A DNA stretch of 64,000 nucleotides, taken from contig CACPFY010000006.1 in assembly GCA_902633335.1 (NCBI GenBank), positions 4,857 through 68,856 of the forward strand, given 5' to 3'. The notes beneath the pieces are model-generated. The model searched no databases, was not told the DNA's origin, and saw only the letters and a list, made by a program, of their open reading frames with translations. Positions 32,982 through 41,907 of this stretch are shown here, one piece after another (the stretch's first letter is position 1; every line of letters begins with the position of its first letter). The translations under genes and the position numbers were made by a program. This stretch comes from an uncultured Pelagibacteraceae bacterium (lineage in GTDB: Bacteria; Pseudomonadota; Alphaproteobacteria; Pelagibacterales; Pelagibacteraceae).

Positions 32982-34582
32982 TGGAAAGATATGAGTTTGG
33001 ATTTTCTACTTCCATAGACGATAAATCTTCTATCGAAAGTCAGTATCAAAAGATGGAGATAGATAGAGAAATTTATCTGGAAAGAGCAAGAGAGAGTGCC
33101 GAACTAACTATTCCATATTTATATCCACCTGCAGGTAGTAATCAGGCAACAACATATCCAACGCCTTATCAAGCTATTGGTGCAAGAGGTGTAATGAATT
33201 TAGCTAGTAAATTAATGTTAGCTTTATTTCCACCACAAGCACCTTTCTTTAGATTAGATGTTGATGATTTAGTCTACAGACAAATTCAAGGTGACCCACA
33301 ACAAAAAGCTACAATTGAGCAAGGTTTAGCAAAAATTGAAAAAGCAGTTATGGATAGCATTGAAAGAAACAATGACAGGGTTGCAGTATATGAAGCGTTA
33401 AAACATCTAATTGTTTCTGGTAATGCTTTATTAAAATTAACAGACGATGGATTAAGAGTTTATAGATTAGATAACTATGTAGTTAAGAGAGACCCACAAG
33501 GTAAAATTTTAAAAATAATTATTAAAGAAAGTTTATCACCTAACACTTTACCAAAAAAACTATCACAAATTATAGGTAATGTTGTTCAAGAAGAACAAAA
33601 AATAATTAATTTATTTACTTGTATTAAAAGAGAAAAAAATAATTTTTCTGTAATGCAGGAAGTAAAAGGTAAGATTGTTAATTCTGCAAAATTTGATTTA
33701 GATAAACTTCCATATTTAGCATTAAGATTTAACAGAATAGATGGTGCTAACTACGGTAGAGGTCATACAGAAATGTATCTTGGTGACCTTAAATCTTTAG
33801 AAGGTTTATCAAGAGCAATATTAGAAGGTTCATCAGCTTCAGCAAAAATGCTTTTAATGGTAAATCCATCAGGAACAACTAGAGCAAGTGCAATTGCTAA
33901 AGCACCTAATGGCGCAATCATAGAAGGTAGTGCAGGTGACGTTTCAGTTCTTCAAGCTAATAAGTTTGGAGATTTTAGAGTGACGTTTGAAGCAATGAAT
34001 AGAATTGAACAAAGACTTCAGTTTGCTTTTCTTTTAAATGCAAGTGTTCAACGACAAGCAGAAAGAGTGACGGCTACAGAAGTACAATTAGTAGCTAACG
34101 AATTACAAGACGCTTTAGGTGGAGTTTACGGAATATTAACAACAGAATTTCAGTTGCCTTACATCAACACTAAATTAGCGATGTTAAGACAACAGAAACT
34201 TTTACCAGAACTTCCAAAAGATATTGTGAAAACAAAAATCATTGTTGGAATGGAAGCACTTGGTAGAGCAAGTGACAGGTTGAGATTACTTCAATTTATG
34301 TCAGACCTAGCAGGTACTTTAGGTGCTGAAACACTTGCAAGACATATTAATCTTGATGACGCTATTAAGAAATTTGCAGTAGCAAACGGTATTGATACTC
34401 AGGGATTAATTAAATCAAACGAACAAATCCAACAAGAACAACAACAAGCCCAACAACAACAATTTGCACAACAGGCACTAGCTGACCCAAGAGTAGCAAT
34501 AGAAGCAGGAAAGCAACTCGCTAATTCTAATGTCAGACCTCAAATTGATGGTGAAGGGCAAGTATCATTACAAGGAGAATAA
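32981..34582 (+). CDS. Portal/head-tail connector (gp8-like)
   Basis: GARGVMNLASKLMLALFP, YGRG, AERVTATEV. Confidence 0.95.
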   Translation: MERYEFGFSTSIDDKSSIESQYQKMEIDREIYLERARESAELTIPYLYPPAGSNQATTYPTPYQAIGARGVMNLASKLMLALFPPQAPFFRLDVDDLVYRQIQGDPQQKATIEQGLAKIEKAVMDSIERNNDRVAVYEALKHLIVSGNALLKLTDDGLRVYRLDNYVVKRDPQGKILKIIIKESLSPNTLPKKLSQIIGNVVQEEQKIINLFTCIKREKNNFSVMQEVKGKIVNSAKFDLDKLPYLALRFNRIDGANYGRGHTEMYLGDLKSLEGLSRAILEGSSASAKMLLMVNPSGTTRASAIAKAPNGAIIEGSAGDVSVLQANKFGDFRVTFEAMNRIEQRLQFAFLLNASVQRQAERVTATEVQLVANELQDALGGVYGILTTEFQLPYINTKLAMLRQQKLLPELPKDIVKTKIIVGMEALGRASDRLRLLQFMSDLAGTLGAETLARHINLDDAIKKFAVANGIDTQGLIKSNEQIQQEQQQAQQQQFAQQALADPRVAIEAGKQLANSNVRPQIDGEGQVSLQGE

Positions 34583-34585
34583 TAA

Positions 34586-35383
34586 ATGACTGATAGAGTT
34601 GAAATAAATCCAGACAATACTGAAAAAACATTAGAACAATCTCAGGAAGATTTAGCCAAACAAGGTGTTAATGTTAATGAAGGTGTTGTTAATAATAATG
34701 GTGAGAGTGTAAATATATCTCAACCAGAAACAGAAAAACAAACCTCAGACCAAGAAGTTAGACCTAATTGGTTGCCTGAGAAATTTGCTTCTGCAGAAGA
34801 TTTAGCAAAAGCATATGGTGAACTTGAAAAGAAAATGTCTGCACCGAAAGAAGAAGTTGCAGAAAGTACTGAAGAAGTTCCTCAGGAAGTACAACAACTT
34901 GATAAGTATTATGAGGAGTACACTGAAAATAACGAACTCTCAGATAAAAGTTATACTGAATTAGAAGGTATGGGTTTATCTAGAGATTTAGTTGATGGAT
35001 ATATTGCAGGTCAAAAAGCACTAGCAGATAATGATGTTGCAACTATTCATAATGTTGTCGGTGGACAAGATAACTATGCAAACCTTTTAGATTGGTCTGC
35101 AAAGAATTTATCACAATCTGAAAAAGACGCTTTCAATGACACAATAGATAATGGAAGTACTGAACAAGTTAAACAAGCCGTGACTGGACTAATGGCACGT
35201 GCAGGTATGACTGCAGATAATCCACAACAATCTTTGTTTGAAGGTGATACAGAAAATGTTGCAACAGATACTTTTCAATCAGTAGCACAAGTCACTGAAG
35301 CAATGAATGACCCAAGATACAGTAAAGACCCTGCGTTTAGAAAAGAAGTAGAAGATAAACTAGCGAGAAGTTCTGTAATCTAA
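34586..35383 (+). CDS. Capsid scaffolding protein (gp9-like)
   Basis: Acidic; WLPEKF..EDLAKAYGELE; AMNDPRYSKDPAFR. Confidence 0.92.
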   Translation: MTDRVEINPDNTEKTLEQSQEDLAKQGVNVNEGVVNNNGESVNISQPETEKQTSDQEVRPNWLPEKFASAEDLAKAYGELEKKMSAPKEEVAESTEEVPQEVQQLDKYYEEYTENNELSDKSYTELEGMGLSRDLVDGYIAGQKALADNDVATIHNVVGGQDNYANLLDWSAKNLSQSEKDAFNDTIDNGSTEQVKQAVTGLMARAGMTADNPQQSLFEGDTENVATDTFQSVAQVTEAMNDPRYSKDPAFRKEVEDKLARSSVI

Positions 35384-35607
35384 TGGAAAGAAATTATAAA
35401 CGTGAGTACAAAAACTATCACTCAAAACCAGAACAACGTAAGAATAGGTCTAGCAGAAATATAGCTAGACGTTTAATGGCTAAGAGACTTGGTAAAGCTA
35501 AACTTGCAGGTAAAGATGTAGACCACAAAGATAGCAACCCAAGAAATAACTCACCTTCTAATTTAAGAGTATCATCAATAAAAAGGAATAGAGCAAGAAA
35601 TGCTTAA
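35383..35607 (+). CDS. Small basic HNH-like protein
   Basis: DVDHKDSNPRNNSPSNLRV. Confidence 0.75.
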   Translation: MERNYKREYKNYHSKPEQRKNRSSRNIARRLMAKRLGKAKLAGKDVDHKDSNPRNNSPSNLRVSSIKRNRARNA

Positions 35608-35965
35608 TTTTATTTTACCAGTTTTGAAAAATCCATTGACTAGAATGATTGGTTCTAAAGTCATAGATGGAATAAATCATAAAATGGAGAAAGATAAAAT
35701 AATTAGAGCAAAAGAAATTGAAGCAGTAAAAACTGTTTCTGTTGAACAAGTAAGACAACAAGAACACTCAATTAAAGATGAAATATTAACTCTTTTAATT
35801 AGTGCTATTTTTATTTTTACTTTTCTACCATTTTCTCAACCTTATATGATGAAAGGTTTTGAAATACTTAAATCAGCACCAACTGAATTTTGGTGGGCAG
35901 TCCTTATTGTATTTTCAGGAAGTTTTGGAATGTCTACTCTTAAAAACATAAAGGGGAAAAAATAA
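35600..35965 (+). CDS. Putative holin (multi-TM)
   Basis: KDE motif followed by two hydrophobic segments, SFG, basic C-terminus. Confidence 0.6.
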   Translation: MLNFILPVLKNPLTRMIGSKVIDGINHKMEKDKIIRAKEIEAVKTVSVEQVRQQEHSIKDEILTLLISAIFIFTFLPFSQPYMMKGFEILKSAPTEFWWAVLIVFSGSFGMSTLKNIKGKK

Positions 35966-36063
35966 TGTACGGAAAAAAGAAAAACAAAAAAGGTAAAAGC
36001 AAAAGCAAAAAACAACAATCTGCAATTGCTATGGCTAAAAAGAAAAAGCTAAAGATGTACTAA
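35965..36063 (+). CDS. 32-aa Lys-rich microprotein (not in ORF track)
   Basis: MYGKKKNKKGKSKSKKQQSAIAMAKKKKLKMY; TAATG coupling, AGGGG SD. Confidence 0.7.
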   Translation: MYGKKKNKKGKSKSKKQQSAIAMAKKKKLKMY

Positions 36064-36064
36064 T

Positions 36065-36214
36065 ATGGCACTTACAGATAAACAAAAAGCTACCTTGAAA
36101 AAACATAGTGTTCATCACTCAAAAAAGCATATGGCTTTGATGAACTCATTAATGAATAAAGGTAAGTCTTTTAAATTTGCACACCGACAGGCACTTAAAA
36201 TTGCAGGAAAGTAG
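36065..36214 (+). CDS. 49-aa His/Lys-rich microprotein (not in ORF track)
   Basis: MALTDKQKATLKKHSVHHSKKHMALMNSLMNKGKSFKFAHRQALKIAGK; tightly tiled with neighbours. Confidence 0.75.
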   Translation: MALTDKQKATLKKHSVHHSKKHMALMNSLMNKGKSFKFAHRQALKIAGK

Positions 36215-36370
36215 GTGGCAAAAAAGAAGAATAGTCTTCTTAATAAGATAGAACACGAAACTAGAAGTAGATTTAAAAAAACAAGTATCTCAAAAAAGAG
36301 ACCTAAATTTTCTTCTATGAATAAAAGTAAAAAGAGAACTTTTAAAAAGGCAAATAGAGGTGGAAGATAA
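36215..36370 (+). CDS. 51-aa Lys/Arg-rich microprotein (not in ORF track)
   Basis: GTG directly after previous TAG; MAKKKNSLLNKIEHETRSRFKKTSISKKRPKFSSMNKSKKRTFKKANRGGR. Confidence 0.7.
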   Translation: MAKKKNSLLNKIEHETRSRFKKTSISKKRPKFSSMNKSKKRTFKKANRGGR

Positions 36371-36626
36371 AAAACCTTTAAATAAAATTATTAGAGATAA
36401 TACAGGAAGTAAAAAGTTTAAAGTTTACGTCAAAGATAAATCAACAGGTAATATCAAGACAGTCAGATTTGGTGACCCAAATATGAAAATAAAACGAAGT
36501 TCAGACAGTAATAGAAAATCTTTTATGGCACGACACGGTGCATTGTTAGATAAAGTAAAAGGTCAAAAAAATCTATCACCAGTATATTGGGCTTTGAGGT
36601 CTTGGAAACTTGGAACAAAAATATAA
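36360..36626 (+). CDS. Basic hypothetical phage protein
   Basis: KKFKVYVK...KTVRFGD...RKSFMARH...YWA pattern. Confidence 0.75.
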   Translation: MEDKKPLNKIIRDNTGSKKFKVYVKDKSTGNIKTVRFGDPNMKIKRSSDSNRKSFMARHGALLDKVKGQKNLSPVYWALRSWKLGTKI

Positions 36627-36732
36627 AAAGAAATGTAAATGCAAAGAGTGTAAATGCAAAACAAAGAAAAGAAAGAAAAGATTAACTGAAGAAGAATTTT
36701 GGAAAGTAATGTCCAAAAGATTTAACAAGTGA
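36610..36732 (+). CDS. 40-aa basic CxC-xx-CxC microprotein (not in ORF track)
   Basis: GAGGT SD then TTG; EQKYKKKCKCKECKCKTKKRKKRLTEEEFWKVMSKRFNK. Confidence 0.55.
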   Translation: MEQKYKKKCKCKECKCKTKKRKKRLTEEEFWKVMSKRFNK

Positions 36733-36852
36733 ACACCACTTCTCATAAGAGGGGTGTACTTATTAAAATCTAACTTAGCCACTTACGAGTGACAACTTAG
36801 CAATGAAAGTAAATGAGTAGATAATAAATAGTTAAAAAGGAGAAAATAAACT

Positions 36853-37806
36853 ATGGCAAACGCTACACCAACAAGACTAGGTCAAAACCTAGCAACAGGT
36901 GACGCTAATGCTCTTTTCCTAAAAATCTTCAGTGGTGAAGTATTATCTGCTTTTGGTAGAGAAAACCAAATGATGAATATGACTACTGTAAGAAACATAC
37001 AGTCAGGAAAAAGCGCAAGTTTTCCAGTCACAGGAAAAATCAGTGCTGATTACCATACTGCAGGAAACGAGATAACAGGGTCAACTGTTAAACAAACAGA
37101 AAAAATAATCAACATAGATGATATGCTTATATCTTCAGCTTTCGTTGCAGAAGTAGATGAGTTAAAAAATCATTTTGACGTTAGAAGTATTTTTTCAAAT
37201 GAAATGGGTTCGGCACTCGCAAAAAGAGTTGACTCGAACTTATTACAATTAGTTGTAAAAGCTAGTAGAACTTCTGCGAATATCGCAGGTGATACTGGTG
37301 CAGGTCTTGAAATTGTAGACGCTGACGCTGATACAAATATGGATAGCTTAATCGCTTCTTTATTTGAAGGTATTCAGTCTCTAGATGAAAAAGATGTGCC
37401 ATCAACTGAAAGATACATTGTTGTATCACCAGACATTTACTACAAATTAGCAAATGTTGATAAACTTGTTTCAAGAGATTTCTCAGCGAACAACGGTGAT
37501 TTCGGCAAAGGTACTGTCGTTGCAATCGGTGGTGTTCCAGTTATTAAATCAAATACTGCAGTAGACGCATTTACAGACACTTCGTCTGCTTCTACTACTG
37601 GTACTAATAATAGCTACAATGTGAACGCTAGTGATGTTCAAGCAGTTCTATTTCAAAGAGGTGCAATAGGAACAATCAAGAGAAAAGATTTAACTCTTGA
37701 AAGTACTTATGACCCAAGAAGAATGGGAACGCTTATGACAGCAAGAATGATGGTTGGACATAACATTCTAAGACCAGAATGTGCAGTTTCAATTAACAAA
37801 TCATAA
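36853..37806 (+). CDS. Major capsid protein (gp10-like)
   Basis: ALFLKIFSGEVL, SGKSASFP, IDDMLIS, GHNILRPECAV. Confidence 0.96.
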   Translation: MANATPTRLGQNLATGDANALFLKIFSGEVLSAFGRENQMMNMTTVRNIQSGKSASFPVTGKISADYHTAGNEITGSTVKQTEKIINIDDMLISSAFVAEVDELKNHFDVRSIFSNEMGSALAKRVDSNLLQLVVKASRTSANIAGDTGAGLEIVDADADTNMDSLIASLFEGIQSLDEKDVPSTERYIVVSPDIYYKLANVDKLVSRDFSANNGDFGKGTVVAIGGVPVIKSNTAVDAFTDTSSASTTGTNNSYNVNASDVQAVLFQRGAIGTIKRKDLTLESTYDPRRMGTLMTARMMVGHNILRPECAVSINKS

Positions 37807-37816
37807 TAAATAAATA

Positions 37817-37850
37817 ACTACTGGCGTGGGAGACTACGCCAGTGGTCTTA
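37817..37850 (+). terminator. Post-capsid hairpin (Tphi-like position)
   Basis: ACTACTGGCGTGG-GAGA-CTACGCCAGTGGT stem with GNRA loop; weak U tract. Confidence 0.65.
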
Positions 37851-37862
37851 TAGGAGATAATT

Positions 37863-37940
37863 ATGCCGTGTTGGTTTTGTAAATTTAGAAGATGGATAGG
37901 TAAAAAGATTGACCAGTGGTTTGATAGTTTTTTACCATAA
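37863..37940 (+). CDS. 25-aa CxxC micropeptide (not in ORF track)
   Basis: SD TAGGAG; MPCWFCKFRRWIGKKIDQWFDSFLP; TAATG overlap with gp11. Confidence 0.65.
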   Translation: MPCWFCKFRRWIGKKIDQWFDSFLP

Positions 37941-38545
37941 TGACAACAACAACAAGAAGCACTGAGTTAGAAAGTGTAAATGTTATCCTTTCGACAATTG
38001 GGGAAAGTCCATTAAACAGTTTAAGTGGGTCTTTACCAGTAGACGGAACAGTCGCTAAAAATGTTTTATCAGAAATTTCAAGAGAAGTTCAATCTGCAGG
38101 TTGGCACTTCAATACTCATTATAAAAGTACTCTAACAAGAGATACTAATAACAAAATTCCAGTAGCAACTAATGTAGTTAGAGTAGACTTAGACCCAAAT
38201 CTAATTTCTAGAAGTGACTATGATTTAGTTCAACGTGATGGCTTTCTTTATAATCTTGCAAAGAATACAGATATATTCGATAGAGATTTTGAAGATGTAG
38301 TTCAAGTTTATTTATTACCTTTTAATGAAATACCTGAACAAGCTAAAAGATATATTACAATAAGAAGTGCTAGAGTTTTTCACGACAGAACTTTAGGCGC
38401 AAATACTTTACACAAATTTTCACAAGAAGATGAAAGACAAGCGTTATCTATTTTGAGAAGCGCAGAAGCAAATACTGGTGACTATTCAATATTTGATACA
38501 CCAGAACAAACTTACACAATTTCAAGAAGTAATAGGATTTACTAA
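37940..38545 (+). CDS. Tail tubular protein A (gp11-like)
   Basis: ELESVNVILSTIGESP, VQSAGWHFN. Confidence 0.93.
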   Translation: MTTTTRSTELESVNVILSTIGESPLNSLSGSLPVDGTVAKNVLSEISREVQSAGWHFNTHYKSTLTRDTNNKIPVATNVVRVDLDPNLISRSDYDLVQRDGFLYNLAKNTDIFDRDFEDVVQVYLLPFNEIPEQAKRYITIRSARVFHDRTLGANTLHKFSQEDERQALSILRSAEANTGDYSIFDTPEQTYTISRSNRIY

Positions 38546-40902
38546 TGCCTTTAGTTTCTAGAACCATACCAAACTTGGTTCAAGGAGTAAGTCAACAACC
38601 AGAAGTATTAAGACTAAGTTCACAAGCTACAACTCAACTTAATGGTTTTTCTAGTGTTGTTGAAGGTCTCAAAAAAAGACCACCAACTAATTATATCGCA
38701 AAACTATCATCATCAACTTTTGGTAATGCTTTCTTGCATACCATCAATAGAGACGTAGCTGAAAGATATATTGTTGTAATAAAAAATGGTTCTATAGAAG
38801 CATACGAAACAGATGGAACTCAAAAGACTGTAGTAAATCAAACAGGCGCAACTGCATATCTAACTTCTTCAGACCCAAAGAATGATTTCGTTTGTGTGAC
38901 TGTTGCAGATTTTACTTTTGTATTAAATAAAAATATTCAATGCGAAATGGACACAACAACAAGTCCTGCAAAAATAGAACAAGCAGTTTATTCAGTATTA
39001 CAAGGTGTAGATAGCACACCATACTCAATTACAATTGATGGAACTACGACTACGTTTACTTCATCAAATACAGATACCAAAGCAATTCGAGACGGATTAA
39101 AGAGTGCAATCGGAAGTCCTTCAGGAATTACTTTAGCAAACATTGGAGACAGTAGTTTTTCAATAACTAAATCCTCAGGAACATTAAATATATCAGCTTC
39201 TGATGGTTTTGGTGATGACGCTTCACAAGTGGTAAAAGATAAAGTTCAAAACTTTTCTGATTTACCTCAACCTGCAATCAACAATATGGTTGTTGAAGTG
39301 ACAGGAGACGCTTCTAATAACTTTGATAATTATTATGTAAAATATGACGGAGATTTATGGGAAGAAACTGTTGCACCTTCAACTGCTACAACAATTAAAA
39401 ATACTAAGTTTCCTCATTTATTAATTAGGACTGCAGATGGTAATTTCAGATTTACACAAATAGACGGCTCTCAATATACTATATCGAGTAGTACGTTTGA
39501 TGTTCCTTCTTTAGGAACAAGAGTTTGTGGTGATTTAAGTTCTGCACCTGACCCAAGTTTTATAGGTAAAAAATTAAATGACATTTTCTTTCATAGAAAC
39601 AGACTAGGTTTGTTAGCTGATGAAAATGTTATTATGAGTAGAAGTGGAGAGTTCTTTGAGTTCTTTCCTGAAACAGTGACTTCTACTTTGGATACTGACC
39701 CAATTGATGTTGCAAGTACTCACACAAAAGTAAGTATATTAAGACACGCAGTATCTTTTGATGAAGAATTATTAATATTTAGTGACCAGTCTCAATTTAT
39801 GGTGACTGGTGGTGCAACATTAACTGCAGGAAATATATCAATCAATGTCACGACTGAGTTCGAAGCAGACAGAAAAGTTAAACCAGTTGGCTCAGGTTCT
39901 AATGTCTTCTTCACTTTTAATAAAGGAAACTTTACAGGGGTTAGAGAGTTTTTCGTTGCGTCTGATACAGATACGAAAAAAGCTGACGATATTACGGCTA
40001 ATGTGCCTAAGTTTATTCCTGCTAATGTTTTTAAACTTGCTACTTCTACAACTGAAAATATCTTAATAGCTTTATCAGGTGATGAAGATAATGCTTTATA
40101 TGTATTTCAATATTACGTAGCTCAAAATAAAAGACTTCAATCTGCGTGGCATAAATGGACTTATGGTACTTCTACTTCAGATAAAATTTTAAATATTGAT
40201 TTTATTGAAAATACTTTATTTATTGTAAACGAAAGAAGTGATGGAGTTTATTTAGAAACTATAGATGTTTCTCCTGCACTTACAGATACAGGTGAAAGTT
40301 ATCTTACTCATTTAGATAGAAAAATTAACAACACTCAGATTACAGAAAGCTATAACGCAGGAACAAACCAAACAACTATCACGTTGCCATATGCAATAAA
40401 TAATACAATGAAGGTAGTTGGTCGTTCTGGTTCTACAAATAAAGCAGGTCAAGAAATAGCTACAGTATCACAATCAGGAACAAGTATTGTAGTAAGTGGA
40501 GATATAACTGCACAAAACTTTTTTATTGGCGAGCAATATGAATTTGAATTTCAATTCTCACAACAATTCTTACAGGTAGCAGATAGTGGTGGAAGTAGAG
40601 TTTCAGTTAAAGAAGGAAGATTACAGATAAGAAATTGGTCTGTAAGTTTTAATGATACAGGATTTTTTACAACAGAAGTCACACCAGTAGGACGTAGTAC
40701 CTCAAATTCTACATTTACAGGAACAGTAGTCGGTTCAGGACTAACAGGAACTGTAAATCTAGAAGATGGAGATTTTACTTTTGCAGTCCAATCTGAAAAT
40801 GACAAATTAACAGTCAAATTAAAAAATAATAGTCACTTACCTAGCAACTTCATTAATGCAAGTTGGCAAGGTTTTTATGTCACTGCAAGTCAAAGAATTT
40901 AA
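38545..40902 (+). CDS. Tail tubular protein B (gp12-like)
   Basis: PNLVQGVSQQP, GLKKRPP, PSFIG, FHRNRLG, QSAWHKW. Confidence 0.95.
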   Translation: MPLVSRTIPNLVQGVSQQPEVLRLSSQATTQLNGFSSVVEGLKKRPPTNYIAKLSSSTFGNAFLHTINRDVAERYIVVIKNGSIEAYETDGTQKTVVNQTGATAYLTSSDPKNDFVCVTVADFTFVLNKNIQCEMDTTTSPAKIEQAVYSVLQGVDSTPYSITIDGTTTTFTSSNTDTKAIRDGLKSAIGSPSGITLANIGDSSFSITKSSGTLNISASDGFGDDASQVVKDKVQNFSDLPQPAINNMVVEVTGDASNNFDNYYVKYDGDLWEETVAPSTATTIKNTKFPHLLIRTADGNFRFTQIDGSQYTISSSTFDVPSLGTRVCGDLSSAPDPSFIGKKLNDIFFHRNRLGLLADENVIMSRSGEFFEFFPETVTSTLDTDPIDVASTHTKVSILRHAVSFDEELLIFSDQSQFMVTGGATLTAGNISINVTTEFEADRKVKPVGSGSNVFFTFNKGNFTGVREFFVASDTDTKKADDITANVPKFIPANVFKLATSTTENILIALSGDEDNALYVFQYYVAQNKRLQSAWHKWTYGTSTSDKILNIDFIENTLFIVNERSDGVYLETIDVSPALTDTGESYLTHLDRKINNTQITESYNAGTNQTTITLPYAINNTMKVVGRSGSTNKAGQEIATVSQSGTSIVVSGDITAQNFFIGEQYEFEFQFSQQFLQVADSGGSRVSVKEGRLQIRNWSVSFNDTGFFTTEVTPVGRSTSNSTFTGTVVGSGLTGTVNLEDGDFTFAVQSENDKLTVKLKNNSHLPSNFINASWQGFYVTASQRI

Positions 40903-41359
40903 TGGTTTTCGTTTATCTACTCACGAAGATTGTCATTACTTAAAAGACAAACTTCGATATGCAGATATTCAAGAAATATTAGCTAATTCAGGTTCGACAC
41001 CATACAATGTTTTACTAAAAGGGTATGTTGCTTCTGAAGTATGTTTCACAATTGTAGACACTGAAAATATACCTGTCGGTATGTTTGGAGTATCTAAAGA
41101 AGGTGCTATCTGGTTATTAGCTTCAGATGAAATCTATCGCATAAGATTTAGTTTCTTACGAGAAAGTAGAAAAGTGATAGATTTTTTAAATCAAAAGTAT
41201 CCAACATTATGGAACTACGTAGATTGTAGAAATGAACTACATATACGTTGGCTCAAATGGTGTGGATTTAAATTTTTACGAAAAATTAACTACGGAGTTT
41301 TACAACTACCATTTTATGAGTTTATTAAAATATGTGTGAACCAACAACGGCACTCTTAA
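40856..41359 (+). CDS. Internal virion protein A (gp13-like)
   Basis: LWNYVDCRNELHIRWLKWCGFKF; position after gp12. Confidence 0.85.
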   Translation: MQVGKVFMSLQVKEFNGFRLSTHEDCHYLKDKLRYADIQEILANSGSTPYNVLLKGYVASEVCFTIVDTENIPVGMFGVSKEGAIWLLASDEIYRIRFSFLRESRKVIDFLNQKYPTLWNYVDCRNELHIRWLKWCGFKFLRKINYGVLQLPFYEFIKICVNQQRHS

Positions 41360-41907
41360 TTGCTAGTGCAGGGTCGTCTTTCTTACAATACCAACAGGCG
41401 AAAGAAGCTCAAAAAGCTCAATTCGTTGCGCAGAAAAGACAGAATGAAATTGCTAGAGCAAATGCAATTAGAAGATATGCAACAGAACAATTAAAGATAA
41501 GACAAACAATTGCAAAAAGTTCTGAAAAAGGTTTTCAAGCAAACATTCGTTCTAAAGTAGCTAGAGCAAAATTCATAGCAGGTTCTGAAGGATTAGCTTT
41601 ATCAGGTTCACAAGAAAGATTGATGGGTGATTATTATAGAGTTCAAGGTAATTATAATGCTTCACTACAAAGAAACTTAGGAATTAATGTTTCTCAATTT
41701 GAAAGAAACTTAGAAGCGATACAGTTTGGACAAGAAGCACAATCAACTTATTTACAACCACCTAATCCTGCATTGTTATTTGCTTCGTCTGCATTGAATG
41801 TTGCAAATACTTATTACAGTTTAGAATTTCAAAAAGAGAACGCAGGTCTAATGACCAACAAACAGAAGAACGCACAAACTAATTCTGTATCAGGAGTTTG
41901 GACATAA
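41332..41907 (+). CDS. Internal virion protein B (gp14-like)
   Basis: MCEP start, Gln/Ala-rich helices, synteny. Confidence 0.75.
   Translation: MCEPTTALLIASAGSSFLQYQQAKEAQKAQFVAQKRQNEIARANAIRRYATEQLKIRQTIAKSSEKGFQANIRSKVARAKFIAGSEGLALSGSQERLMGDYYRVQGNYNASLQRNLGINVSQFERNLEAIQFGQEAQSTYLQPPNPALLFASSALNVANTYYSLEFQKENAGLMTNKQKNAQTNSVSGVWT

Noticed and set aside
37780-37860. T7 gp10B-type capsid frameshift extension
   Set aside because: No slippery sequence near the stop, and stops follow quickly in other frames
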